From Octopus sinensis (Eukaryota), in the NCBI RefSeq assembly GCF_006345805.1, contig NC_043001.1:30504001-30568000 (forward strand): DNA of 64,000 nt. The letters are read 5' to 3'. Of this stretch, positions 10,636 to 23,561 are shown one piece after another. The notes under the pieces were generated by a model. It saw nothing but the letters and a program-made list of their open reading frames with translations. It was not told the origin of the DNA and made no database searches. Position 1 is the stretch's first letter. Every line of letters begins with the position of its first letter. The position numbers were made by a program, and so were the translations under genes.

Positions 10636-12441
10636 CTTCAATTACTTTGACTACGTGAAAAGAACAATTTACAAAAATTATCTATTTCTTTACTACCCAC
10701 AAGGGGCTAAATACAGAAGGGACAAACAAGGACAGACAAACGGATTAAGTCGATTATATTGACCCCAGTGCGTAACTGGTACTTATTTAATCGACCCAGA
10801 AAGGATGAAAGGCAAAGTGGACCTTGGCGGAATTTGAACTCAGAACGTAGCGGCAGACGAAATACTGCTAAGCATTTCGCCCGGTGTGCTAATGTTTCTG
10901 CCAGTAAGAAAAGGAATAAATAGAAAAGGCATGAAATCAGTCAATGATCAAAGAGAGATGTGCACATTCCTTCATTGTTCAAAAGGACACTAAAATATTT
11001 TTCAGACAACCTAAAACTCTCACAGCATTACTGCAAGTGATTGTAAGGTTGAGGTTTTAGAACTGCTAAACCTACTGGTGACTGTGAAGTTAGGGTATTA
11101 GAACAGCTGGACACTCTTCTGAACATCATATTTCACTTCAGAGATCCAAACGAAATCAAAAACCTCTTTGTCTGGGGTCTAGCTTCCCACCTGAACATCT
11201 CAAAAGCCTTAGGCTGTATGTAATTTATCAACAGATTACAGTATTTCAGTGTCTTATTCAGTTCAGATGCAATCATCCCTTCTGATGTTTAGTCCTATAT
11301 TAGCCCTGGTTGAAGAGACCTATGATCAAAAACATCCCATTTGTGACCTTTCTGTCTTTTTAGGGATGTATAGTACTATATAGCTTAATGTGTCGTTGCC
11401 TTTTTTTAGGGCAGTAGCATTGATTTGAAGGAATTTTAGCTTCTATTTCTAGCAGGTAGAGTGACCAAGTAGATGCTTCCTCATTGGCTCAACAGTATTA
11501 AGGAATTGTAATGGAGCAAAAAAAAAAAATGCTAGCAATGCCTTGTATGAGGTATCTGTCTCTAACCCAAAGGTAAAGAGCAAGTTCTTTGGGTGTTTTC
11601 CTATAATCATTGAACAATCCACTGCCTTCAGTATTGAGGGGGTATTTACCCTTGCCAGGACTCCTTTAATGATCAGCTTTATCTCCTGGAGCCATAAGGG
11701 ATCCGCATTCAATCATCATAATAACTTATGAAGACCGCTTTGTCACATTCTGTGTCACACTGAATCTTCCTGAGAACTATGTGAAGGATATGCATGTCTG
11801 TGGCATGCTCAGCCACTTGCACATTAATTTCTCAATCAGGATGTTCAGTTGATTGGATCAACTGGAACAGTCGTCATGGTAACAGACAGACCAAGCGATG
11901 ATGATGATGATGATTTCACCACCATATTTATTTTCATATTATTTAGTTTGGCATGGCGTAAAAAGCACCATTCAAGCATGGTCGATGCCAGTACCACCTG
12001 ACTGGCCCCTATGCCAGTGGCACATAAAAAGCACCCACTACACTCTTGGAGTGGTTGGTGTTAGAAAGGGCATCCAGCTGTAGAAACCATGCCAGAATAG
12101 ATTGGAGCCTGGTGCAGCCTCCTGGCTTGCCAGTCATCAGTTAAACCTTCCAACCCATGCCAGCATGGAAAGAGGATGTTAAAAGATGATGATGATGATG
12201 ATACTTCTTCAACACTTAAATTCTTGTTTTTATGTGATTGAGTTCAGTATTCCAAGAGAACAAAACATTAATTTAACGTAAAGCGTACTGGCCATCTCAA
12301 TGTGGCTAACCACTGGGGTGGGTGTTACTGAAGCTTTTAGCCCCAGGAGATCATCGTCTCCAGCTGGCTTTAGACACACTTTCTGTGCTCTTCTGATATT
12401 CTCAAAGGGAGGTCATCCCCTCTCGAAAAACCTAAGTGATA

Positions 12442-12486
12442 CATACGGACTATAGTTTCGAGGTTTTTGCCTCTCGTCAACATATG
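12442..12486 (-). ncRNA. Minimal type I hammerhead ribozyme (copy 1, antisense to INTS12)
   Basis: catatg-TTGACGA-GAGG caaaaa CCTC-GAAAC tata GT C-cgtatg. Stems I, II and III pair and the triplet is GUC. Core has U instead of C at position 3. Confidence 0.7.
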
Positions 12487-12655
12487 GTAATCATCGGTTT
12501 TCAATTGGGGAGACCTGTTTGCGAATATCTATTTAATGTTTTTCCCAGCAACCACTGTCACTGATTTAGAAAAACTGTCTGAAAGGATTAATAAATCTCT
12601 GAACGAGATGTAAACAGTAACCGCTCGACAACGTAAATCGAAAACCGGTGATTAC

Positions 12656-12700
12656 CATACGTTGACGAGAGGCAAAAACCTCGAAACTATAGTCTGTATG
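12656..12700 (+). ncRNA. Minimal type I hammerhead ribozyme (copy 2, INTS12 sense strand)
   Basis: catacg-TTGACGA-GAGG caaaaa CCTC-GAAAC tata GT C-tgtatg. Palindromic stem III ACTATAGT, predicted cleavage after 12694. Confidence 0.7.
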
Positions 12701-13489
12701 TATCACTTAGGTTTTTCGAGAGGGGATGACCTCCCTTTGCGAATATCAGAAGGGCACAGAAAGTGTGTCTAAAGCCAGCTGGAGATGATGATCTCCTGGG
12801 ACTAAAAGCTTCAGTAACACCCACCCCCAGTGGCTAGCCACATTGAGATGGCTAGTACACTTTACGTTGTCGAGCGGTTACTGTTTACATCTCGTTCGGA
12901 GATTTATTAATGCCTTCCAAAACATTAATTAATATTACAATACTCTGGCTGTTTTGTACTTTGGTTTTATGATCCTGTATTAGGAAGAGATATTGAGGTA
13001 ACTTTGTTCTTTATTTAGAGATTGTTTACTGGTTACTCTGAGGCCAGTCTTAGACTTATGTAATTATTACAGAATGTGTTAAAACACCCTTTTGTAGTCT
13101 TTAGCTTAATCTGGTTTCTTGTTCTCATTCTTACCAATTTGGGTGATCCTATATCTTGCCAGTATCCTTTCATAATCCACTAGACATGCTGGCCTCTCCA
13201 CTTTCAAATGACACACATATGTTATTTATTTCTTTATTGCCCACAAGGGGCTAAACACAGAGGGGACAAACAAGGACAGACAAAGGGATTAAGTCGATTA
13301 CATCGACCCCAATGCATAACTAGTACTTAAGTTATCGACCTTGAAAGGATGAAAGGCAAAGTCGACCTTGGCGGAATTTGAACACACATATGTTATTTAT
13401 AGTTGTATTAAATTATGTTGATGATCTTTTGTTTGTTAAAAATTCTTCTTACTTCTAATTAATCTTCTAATTTCAGGCTCCCAAATAAA

Positions 13490-13618
13490 ATGGCTACTCT
13501 AGAACTGGATCCATTATTCACAAAAGCGCTTAAGCTACTTTATTCCAAAAGTAAAGATGCAGAATATCAACTCAGACTAATGGTTGAAGAAGTTGTTGCC
13601 CAACGGAAAGGCCTTCCA
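13490..13618 (+). CDS. INTS12: Integrator complex subunit 12, coding exon 1 (43 aa)
   Basis: Acceptor tttcag|13477, AAAATGG start, MATLELDPLFTKALKLLYSKSKDAEYQLRLMVEEVVAQRKGLP matches the INTS12 N-terminal domain, GTAAGT donor, phase 0. Confidence 0.92.
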
Positions 13619-14225
13619 GTAAGTTTATATTTTGATTCAAGTATTTGTTTCTGTAACCTTATTGTTCTTTCTAACAATTTTGTAAGTTATAGGTGCAGGT
13701 GGCAGGACAAAATTCCCAATACAGAGAGATAATATGTTAAGCATGTATGCTTTCCTAAATAAGTTGCAGCTGTGCTGGAGTGGTCATGTAGCACTCCACA
13801 CTTCCTAAACAGTTCTTTAGTGAACTAGCAGCTGGCTGAAGAAAATAGTAGCGTGATGATTAATTCAAGTGCAAGATAGGGGAGGCAATTCTGAAATTTA
13901 AGTTAAATTACTGAAAAATTGAATTTCCCACCCATGCTAACCTGGAAGGCGGACGTTAAACGGTGATGATGATGATGATGATTGAAGAATGGGCCTGAGC
14001 TTTGGTATATACAGTGACAATTCTGGACATGTTGCGGTTCTTCTGTAAAGCATCTTCTTTACCAGTACTTACCAAACAATAAGATGACTGCAAAGACATA
14101 CAGACTTTGTGTGAATAAACACCGGAAGTTCTTTGCTTAATATGAAAATAAATGAATCTAAAGTAACATCCTGTTAACCAATGGACACTGAAGGCTTTAT
14201 ATTCAAACAGTGTTTCAGTGTTTAA

Positions 14226-14445
14226 CCCTTTCATTACCAACCCGGCTGAAACCGGCTCTGGCTCTGAGTACAAATGATTTGTTTACATGAGTTTTGAATT
14301 AAAATCTTCCATCAAACCTTAGTCACAATTTATGTTCCTAACACTAGCTGAATGATAACTAAGTTATTTTACTAAATTCTTTGCTATATTTAAAGTAGTT
14401 GAAAGAAACACAGAGCATCTCAAAATAAATACAGTAATGAAAGGG
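14226..14445. mobile_element. piggyBac-like MITE
   Basis: TTAA|ccctttcattac ... gtaatgaaaggg|TTAA. Opposite-orientation relative at 58920-59145. Confidence 0.85.
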
Positions 14446-14899
14446 TTAAGTGACATAACATGCTAGAGTGGTTTCTTGTTGCTTTCTTTTAGTTTATAAA
14501 AAATTTAATCTCAACAACTTCAACCTAACAAAATACAAATCATTTATACAATGACCCTGTTGGTACAATCTACAGTCATTAATTACTTATATTGTTCTTA
14601 TTTACACTAGGCTGAAATGGCAATTATCATATAAGTATCTTTGCTAAGAAGATGTAGTACTTGATGGGTCAACCTATTGACTGGTAACTGAATGCCCCGT
14701 TGATTCTGTCAGCTTTAACACTCAAAAAAACATCTATTCATTTTCATTCAAACTTAGACTCTGATGTCTTTACGAAAGACCAATTCTGCAATGTCTTTAC
14801 GAGGGACAACTCTTTACCCCATAAAATTGGTTCCTTGTAAGGACATTGGAGTCTAAGTTTAAATTATTTGAACACTATATTTGTATGTATGTACTATTG

Positions 14900-15450
14900 T
14901 GTAGATCCTGTCTACTGAGTCATACTTGATATCAAATCAAATGCAATGGACAGAGTATCTTGTTGGTATGCCAGCTTTGGGACCACCCAAGCAGTTATTT
15001 TATGGGGAGGTACAGCCTGGAAAATGACCACAGCATAAGCCCCACTCCCCCCAAAAAAACTTGTTATATAGACTATTCGTGGAACCTTAGTGAATTTGAA
15101 AATAGATGTTCAATTCTGACAAGAGAAAACAATTGATAGAAATGGCTGGAGGTCTCTGGTGAAGGAAGGTATTGCTTGTTTTGAGTTAGCCATAAGGTGG
15201 CATGCAGTTAAAATGTATTCTGAAAAAGGTAGGCATCATGGACATACCAGATGAGGTTAAGAGTTGGAAATGTAGTCTTTGTGATTGACATCTATCAAAA
15301 GCTGGTTACATATGCCACATGAAATCACACAGTAATTTGCAAAATTATGCTGCATCAAACAGTTATTTGCCCCTTTTTATGGTCACGTCTGTGTAGTATG
15401 TGAAGAAAAATCTTTTGGAGTAATCCTAGTGTGAAAAGGCACATGAAAGT
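14900..15450 (+). mobile_element. Degenerate RTE (BovB-like) LINE 3' end
   Basis: Residual PKQLFYGE and DR.GWR.LV.EG motifs followed by Cys/His finger-like remnants, many stops. Confidence 0.5.
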
Positions 15451-15769
15451 GGATAAAATTATTATATCACAAGTAAGCTATATAAACCATGTTGAAGTTT
15501 CGTATCTTATCTGTCACATGTTTGAAGCCTTGCAGGTTATCAGGTCTTAAGAGTCATCTTAGAGCTTACAAACATAAGGAAGATTATCGGGATGATGTAG
15601 ATTAACTGAGATGGCCACAATCGGCTGGTGCTTTTTATGTGCCACCGGCACCTATGAGTATAATTATACACCAGCTGTATTGGTCTTCAAATTTAGGAGA
15701 TGGGGTTCTTCAGGGTTGCTTTGCATATTTTGTTTAATTCTTAGGTTGTTTTCATATTTTATTCTTCAG

Positions 15770-16134
15770 GTGAAACATGACTTCATGGAAACTCTTCAAG
15801 AAAGCAAGAAACCTAGACTGGATTTATTTTCGTCACTAGAGAAGGAAGAAAAACCGAATAAAGAGAAAGAGCGAGAGATGGAAAAAGAACGAGAGAAAGA
15901 AAGGAGTAGAAAAGAACGTGAACTGAAAGATAAAGAAGACAAGGAAAGGAGAGAAAAGGCTATGTCAGAAAAAGCTGCTGCGACGGCAGCAACTGCAGAA
16001 AAGACAGAAAAATCAGCAGTGGTTGTTGAGAAATCATCTTCTTTCAAGGAACCAGAAGCTTTAGGTTCCAGTGATGATAATATGGACACTGCTGATTTTA
16101 TTCTTGATCTTGGTATAGCATGTGTTAACTGTCA
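15770..16134 (+). CDS. INTS12: INTS12 coding exon 2 (E/K/R-rich linker and first PHD cysteine pair)
   Basis: Acceptor ttcttcag|GTG. Ends DFILDLGIACVNC-CA|GTAAGT, phase 0 to 2. Confidence 0.92.
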
Positions 16135-16849
16135 GTAAGTATCTTTGAAATTGTTCCTTGTTATCATCATCATCATCATCATCGTTTAGCGTCCACTTTC
16201 CATGCTAGCATGGGTTGGACAGCTCAACTGGGGTCTGGGAAGCCAGAAGGCTGCTCCAGGCCCAGACTGATCTGGCAATGTTTCTACGGTTGGATGCCCT
16301 TCCTAACGCCAACCACTCCGTGAGTGTAGTGGGTGCTTTTTACATGCCACGGGCACAGGTGCCAGACGAGGCTGGCAAATGGCCACGATCAGATGGTGCT
16401 TTTTACATGCCACCGGCATGAGGCCAGTCGGGGCGGCGGTCATTTTTTAATATCTGCTTTTCCATATTTGCATGGGTTGGACGAAGCAAATTTTCTACGG
16501 CTGGATGTCCTTCCTGCTGCTCACCCTCACCTGTTTCCAAGCTAGGTAATATTTCTCCATGACCAGATATGTTTTTGTAGAATATTGGAAATGGATGGCA
16601 CAGTTTGTATGGTGCGATGCTAAGACAAGTAAACACACACACATGCACGTGCACACACTCATGCATATAAATACTCATATCTATGCATATATGTGCATAT
16701 ACAAGGGGATTCTTTCAGTTTCTGTTTACCAAATCAACTTAGAATGCATTGGTCAGCCCAGGACTGTAGTAGAAGACACTCGCCCAATGTGTTAAGCTGT
16801 GGGATTGAACCTGAAACCAGTCCTGTACAAACCAAGTTGATCTATAAAA

Positions 16850-17255
16850 CATTTCATGGTGCTCTTACTCATTTACTTGTTTCAGTCATTTGACTGTGGC
16901 CATGCTGGGGCACCGCCTTTAGTCGAGCAAATCGACCCCAGGACTTATTCTTTGTAAGCCTCGTACTTATTCTATCGGTCACTTTTGCCGAGCCGCTAAG
17001 TTACAGGGACGTAAACACATCAGCATTGGTTCTCAAGCGATGTTGGGGGGACAAACACAGACACACAAACATATAAACACATATACATATATATGACAGG
17101 CTTCTTTCAGTTTCCGTCTACCAAATCCACTCACAAGGCTTTGGTCGGCCCGAGGCTATAATAGAAGACACTTGCCCAAGGTGCCACACAGTGGGACTGA
17201 ACCCGGAACCATGTGGTTGATAAGCAAGCTACTAACCACACAGCCACTCCTACGC
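16850..17255 (-). mobile_element. SINE family C: tRNA-derived, CORE-like ccttgggcaagtgtctt, internal (TA/CA)n
   Basis: Head ggagtggctgtgtggtaagtagcttgcttaccaaccacatggttccgggttcagtccc. Other copies at 1-90, 31090-31315 plus 32605-32780, 38600-39025, 39468-39875, 40155-40890, 51850-52012, 54240-55000, 58330-58790, 59608-60003. Confidence 0.85.
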
Positions 17256-17639
17256 TCTTGTCTATTTTGTTTGAGAAAGTAAGAGAAATCACAATTGTAG
17301 AACAAGGTAAAATAAGCCTTTCTTGCTAATTAGGCTATGCTAACATTCTAGTCATTTGATATATTAAAGAGTTATATAGTAAGAAATATTTTTGTGGTTG
17401 GTTTATTGAAAAGCTTCCCTAGAGTCAAAGCCTATTTCAGTATTTTTTCTTGGGTGTGGGGTGACGATGCTAAGCATGAACAATGGATCTCAGTCGGAAG
17501 TGACTCAGAGGGTAGATCCAGTTGTCTTGAAAAGAAAAGAATGAAAAAAGCAGCACTTGTAGACTTGATAACACCAGGCGAGAGACCTTATTTTGTGCAT
17601 AGTGTGTAAGCACATGTTTGCATAAACATTATACTTTCA

Positions 17640-18200
17640 GAACTGCAGTTATGCCACACTAACATAGCTGGATGGATTTTCTCATGTATTGAAAATCTAG
17701 GTCTGTCATCATCTTCTCTGTAAGACTCAACATCCTGAGATCAGCCTTCACTACCTCATTCCATATCATTGGTCTCCATAGGTTTTGCCTACTGTAAACA
17801 ATTGGCACTTCTTTATACAACTCTTCTCCTCATCCTTGTGCACCACATAGCCAAACCAAAGCTGTCTTCTGTCTTGTACACTACATCTGATTCTTCGTAT
17901 GTCCAGCTTTTCTCACAACACTTTTCTATTTTGTTGTTCATGCACACCGACATTGCACAGCCAGTGGAGTATGCTTGCTTCATCTATTTCTTGTCCGTCA
18001 CTTTGCTCTTATAGTTCTCTTATCTCACTGTTCCACCACCATGTCATGTTGGAACCATGCACTAGTCACAGTAGCCGTCAGCTGGGTTGTCCTGTTGGAA
18101 CTTTCAGCTGTTCTTTATGCTTTAAGTTTCTATTTGCTCCTCCTTATCATCAAATGCTTCAACTGGTACTTCTCTAAATTTCTGACTGCTGGCTATATCT
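17640..18200 (-). mobile_element. Degenerate RTE LINE 3' end
   Basis: Minus strand reads ...WNEVVKADLRMLSLTEKMM..., typical of RTE C-termini. Similar relics at ~24680-25140 and ~39880-40140. Confidence 0.5.
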
Positions 18201-18587
18201 TCAACCCTTTAGCATTCAGATTACTCTGTCAAATGAAATACATATTCATTAGTCAGTCAGTCACATTTGGCAATTCAACAAGAAAGTTTTGTGGCAATTG
18301 TTTCTGATAGGGCCTTATGGAGAAGCTACTTGAAGACTCTACTTCTACAACCCTTCTAGGAATAGCAGGCATCAATAATGGTTGGATGAATATACTGCTA
18401 ATTTAAAGGAAAATTAATGTATTTAGTCAAAATAAATTAATATTTATGGATTTATTCTTTTTTTTTTCTACGGTTTAAAAATCTTGATTGCGATTAAACT
18501 TTTCTATATGATTGTTTTTATAATCTTTACTTGGCATGTAAACCGTTATTCCCTTCAAACCAATTATGTATTTTCCTTAAATTACAG

Positions 18588-18654
18588 GCAATTTGAAGTA
18601 ACTTCAGGTAACCAGCTAATTGAATGTCAAGAGTGTCATAACTTATATCACCAG
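18588..18654 (+). CDS. INTS12: INTS12 coding exon 3 (PHD finger)
   Basis: attacag|G CAA...: [22 protein letters not shown]|GTAAGA, near-identical to the INTS12 PHD motif [16 protein letters not shown]. Phase 2 to 0. Confidence 0.95.
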
Positions 18655-21600
18655 GTAAGAGCAATTTAATGAACTAGCCATTACCTTAAATTCTACTTTT
18701 CTCTAACAACTGTAATATTTCACACTTGTTATATGTCTCAATACCATACAAAATATTTGCAGGTGGCTGAATTGGCTTTTTGACCAAGGTTGTAAGATAT
18801 TTTGTTATATCTCATCACTAACTTAGCATATATTACTGTTAAAGAGTTGATTTTTCTATCAGCCTTTATCATATAGTGCTATATTTCTTATGTGTTGATC
18901 AGTATGACATTTTTATTTATTCAGTAATTTTTTTTACTGCAACACAAGGCTGCATTTTTTGAAGAGAAAGAAAAAAAAAATCGAAATGGAATTTGAAATC
19001 GAACCAAATTCGTCGACTGGCACCCATGCCAACCTCACTTCACTGGACACTAAACTCTGCTTGCAAAGACCTGTTGGGGCAAGTGAAATCGAAATCGAAC
19101 CAAATTTGATGACTGGCACCCATGCCAGTGGAGCGCTCACAGCTCCATCCAAGCAGGATCACTGCCAGAGCAGCTGTCTGGCACGTAAAGTGCACCATTT
19201 CAGCATGATCCTGTCAGCCTTTCCTCACTGGCATGTGAACAAAACATTCGAGTGAGGTCGTTGCCAGTGCTGCTGGACTGACTCCTGTGCAGGTGGCACG
19301 TAAAAGACACCATTTTCAAGCGTGGCCGTTACCAGTACCACCAGACTGGCACTTTAAAAGCACCCACTACACTCTCAGAGTGGTTGGCATATAGGAAGGG
19401 CATCCAGCTGTAGAAACTATGCCAGATGAGATTGGACCCTGGCACAGCCATATGGTTTGCAAGTAGTCCTCAGTCAAATCGTCCAACCCATGCTAGCATG
19501 GAAAGCGGACGTTAAACGATGATAATGATGATGAAAGACAATCATCAATTTGACTGACTCCACTATATTATCAACATATACTTTATTTCATTGTATTAGA
19601 AGTTTGTAAGAACTTTAAATAATTATAATTTACTATATATTCTTGCTCATAAGATGCTGCAGGTGATAAGTTACACCATATAATTAGCAAAGTATATTTT
19701 CTCAAAAAAAAAAAGAGAAGAATTTTTTACAATTTATGATCATATACCAAAGATTTATTTTGTTGAAGTATTTTCAAATTTAGAACAAAATAGTTGTGCA
19801 TTAACTACTGAACATGATTGCTAAAAATTGTCCACAATGATTTTCAACATTCCAACATTCCATTCAAGAAAGCCACAAATAGCCGAAAACTTTGTGTTTA
19901 ATTTATTGTTTATTAAATATGACCAACATATCAATCACTACTGTCAGCTACATCATCATCACTGTTATTTGATGTTTCTGCAACATTGCCAACTTCAAAG
20001 AGAAGGTCATCTTTGGTACCATTCATTCATTGCATTACTGATTCCACATTTTTTTAAATGCCATAGCTGCTATTTTCACTGTCGTAGCTGTTCATGATGA
20101 CTTGCAATTTATATGCCTTTCAGTAGTAGGTCATTTCTGTTATCCTTTTGGAGTTTACTAAATTTCCATGAATCATTTCCTTGTTCCCCGTTTCGTTCAT
20201 AAAACATTTTCATGACTTTTTAGCTGATGTATCCAGCAGTTATGACTGCAATGTGAAGCTAATAAGTATAACTGCTTGTTTAGTTTTAATTACTTCAAAG
20301 TTTTAATTTGTTGCTCCAGTTTTGTAGGTTTGACTCCCCCCCCCATACATCTTTCTTATTTCTTTATTGCCCACAAGGGGCTAAACACAGAGGGGACAAA
20401 CAAGGACAGACAAAGGGATTAAGTGCATAACTGGTACTTTATTTATGAACCCCGAAAGGATGAAAGGCAAAGTCGACCTCGGCGGAATTTGAACACAGAG
20501 CGTAACGGCAGACGAAATACTGCTAAGCATTTCACCCAGCGTGCTAACGTTTCTGCCAGCTCGCTGCCATAAATCGTTCTGGTAATGGTAGTTTCTTCAA
20601 ATGACACTTGGATGTTGTAACCATACTTTCCTTACCTAGTTTCACACCACTTTTGTCCATTCGCTTTTCTGATAAATGTAGGCAAGAAAACTACATGGGA
20701 TAATTGCCTTCACCATTGTTTTTCATTTAAAGATAAGTAAAGCCAGGAGTTATGTACCATCTATACAATAGGCTATAACAGCAGCATAGTAATGTTTTTC
20801 ATGCACAGTTGCTTTTAAAGTCACTAGCTTTGATACTTTTGTTTGATTAAACATTGAATTTTAACAGCATTTCTTCATCATCATCATCATCATCATCAAC
20901 ATTTAATGTCTGTTGTTCATGCTGGCATGAGTTGGATGACTTGACCAGGGCTGGCAAGCTGGAAGGCTGTACCAGACTCTAGTCTGATTTGGCATAGTTT
21001 CTGCAGCTGTATGCCCTTCCTTATACCAACCAATCCGAGAGTGTAATGGGTGCTTTTACATGCCACTGGCATGGGTGCCATTTGTGTGACACCAATATCT
21101 GCCATGTCTACGATTTCACTTGTCTTGATGGGTCTTCTCAAGCATAGCATAATGCCAAAGGTCATGGTCATTTGTCATTGCCTCTGTGAGACCCAATACT
21201 CAAAAGGTGCTTTTCATGTACTGCTGGCATCAGCTACCTTGCATCTGTGAAGCTCAATGCTCTTTCTCTAGCTTAAAAAAACGATAAACGTTGCCCTTTT
21301 CAAGCCTAGCCAAGCTCATGGGCCCAGTTTCTGTGGTGTATGTGTTCCTCCCAGCCAGTCCATCACAGCTGCACCCTTTTTAAAGCCTAGCCAGACTCAT
21401 GGGCTTAGTTTCCCAGTTTCTATGGCGTATATGTTCCCCAGCTGGACGGGACGCTAGTCCATCGCAGCATTACTCATTTTTGCCAGCTGAGTGGACTGGA
21501 GCAACGTGAAATGAAGTGTTTTGCTCAAGAACACAACGCATCGCCCAGTCCAGGAATCGAAACCACAACCTTACGATCATGGTGCTAAGCCACACACCTC

Positions 21601-23175
21601 CACCTTTCTCTAGCTTACTGGGGTTCGTATGAATTTTGAAAATCTATATGAAATAAATTGCTTATACTTCTACAATACACAAGATATTTTAATAATTTTT
21701 TTTACACAATTCCTAATATCTAATTATAGGAGTTTTTAAACATAGAATGGCTTGGAGGTCCCACCTGAGTAAAATAGGAATCAAAGGGGTCCATAAGCAA
21801 AAAAAAAATGGTTGAGAATCGCTGCTCTAGCTCATAATTTATTTCCATCCAGGTACTGATAATATATTTGTGAAAATCCAGGATGTTTTTCCTTCATACT
21901 CTTCAGGCATTTTCTGTGCTATCTTAGCTTTTATCCTTATACTTAAGGTATGCATTTTTTTTTAATGGTAGCACCAAAATGAAATTCCTTCAACTCATCT
22001 TTTGGTGTAATTTGCTTTTTTATAGTCTATTTGTCTTCATTTTTTGAATGGCTTCAATCATTGTGCCATGTTGGGGAAAAGCATTTTAGCCAACCATGTC
22101 TGCCCATAAAGGGACACAACTGAATACATAGATAACCTATTTCTTTACTACTCACAAGGGGACAAACAAGGACAGACAAATGGATTAAGTCGATTATATC
22201 AACCCCAATGCGTAACTGGTACTTATTTAATCAACCCTGAAAGGATGAAAGGCAAAGTCCACCTCGGCGGAATTTGAACTCAGAACGTAGCGGCAGACGA
22301 AATACGGCTACGCATTTCACCCGGCGTGCTAACGATTCTGCCAATAACTATAAACGTAGGCATGAAGACAGACATATAACACAAGAGGCTTCTGCACATT
22401 TCAAATTCCACTTACAAAGTATTGATTACCCCAAAAGACGCAGTTCAAAGTATCATGCTTTGGGATTAGACACTGAACCAGACTTCTTAAACTACACAAC
22501 TATGCACCTCATACAGGTATTAAATTGATTTAGAAGTCCTTATTGGAGTGTGGGACCATTTATATTTAGTTGGCAGATGGAAATTCTTTGTCTCATTTCC
22601 TCTATCATACAAGTACCATATAATAACATGTACAAACTATTACACTGTATCCAACAATTAAAGAGGAAATAATGCAATCCGGCTGCTGCTGGGGAATGGG
22701 CTAGTTGGCAGCAGCAGCAGCAGAATTGTTAGCATGCCAGTCAAAATGCTTTGCAGTATTTTGTCTGTCTTTACACTTTGAGTTCAAATTCCGATGAGGT
22801 CGACTTTGCCTTTCATACTTTTAGGGTTGCTAAAATGAGTACCAGTTATGCACTGGGGTTGATGTAATTGACTAGCCCCTCCCCTGCAATTTCAGGCCTT
22901 GTACCTATAGTAGAAAGCGTTATTATTATTAAATTTTTTTCAACCTTTTCTTTATATTTTCCAGGCATGACTATTAATAAAAACAGTTGTAATAGTTAGT
23001 GATCTGTCACCATTCATGACAACTGCAGTATTTAATCTTCATGCTTGTTTTTTAAGTAGCTTTATCCATCTTAAGCCTTGCTGTATACTTATGTCTTTTC
23101 TAATGTTATTTATCTATTTTTGTGTGCTTTATTTCATGTTTAATTGTTCTTTTTACTTTTTATTTATTTATATAG

Positions 23176-23268
23176 GAATGCCACAAACCACCCGTTATAG
23201 GACAGGATGTAAATGACCCAAGGTTTGTGTGGTATTGTACAAGATGTGTAAAAAGTCTAGAAAAAATG
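23176..23268 (+). CDS. INTS12: INTS12 coding exon 4 (PHD finger end)
   Basis: tatag|ECHKPPVIGQDVNDPRFVWYCTRCVKSLEKM|GTGAGT, phase 0 to 0. Confidence 0.95.
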
Positions 23269-23561
23269 GTGAGTTAATTTATTATGTGGGGGAAAGAAAA
23301 CTCGGAGAATATGTTTAAAGAAAACTTTTGGTCTTCAAAGACCAAAAGTTTTCTTTAAACATATTTTTGTTTTTATTTTGTAAATTAAAAAAAGAAGATT
23401 TTTTTACTATATGTTGTTTTCCTTCAATGGCTTTGCCAGAAGAGGAATGGTATTACCTATGGCCCTTTTTAGGACCTCTATGAATGGTGGGAGAGGGGGA
23501 AAATTTTTTCACAGATCAGCAGCTTGGCCTGGATGCTTGCAGCAGGGCAGTGTATTAAGTA

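Larger units (their letters stand above)
12274..12917. mobile_element. Hammerhead-bearing retroposed insertion (retrozyme/Penelope pLTR type) with inverted arms and 13-bp TSD
   Basis: TSD caaaacattaatt at 12261-12273 and 12918-12930. Arms 12275-12502 / 12640-12868 differ by 10 substitutions and 1 indel by my count. Second inverted pair 12588-12637 / 12861-12910. Confidence 0.85.

Noticed and set aside
11449-11731. Opposite-strand 87-aa and 62-aa ORFs
   Set aside because: No recognisable motif or convincing splice signals, and they lie among repeats.
15611-15769. ATG-initiated N-terminal extension of the exon 2 ORF
   Set aside because: It begins in a SINE fragment and runs through a pyrimidine tract. 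The acceptor at 15768-15769 is phase-matched to exon 1. The same applies to the TTG start at 32869.
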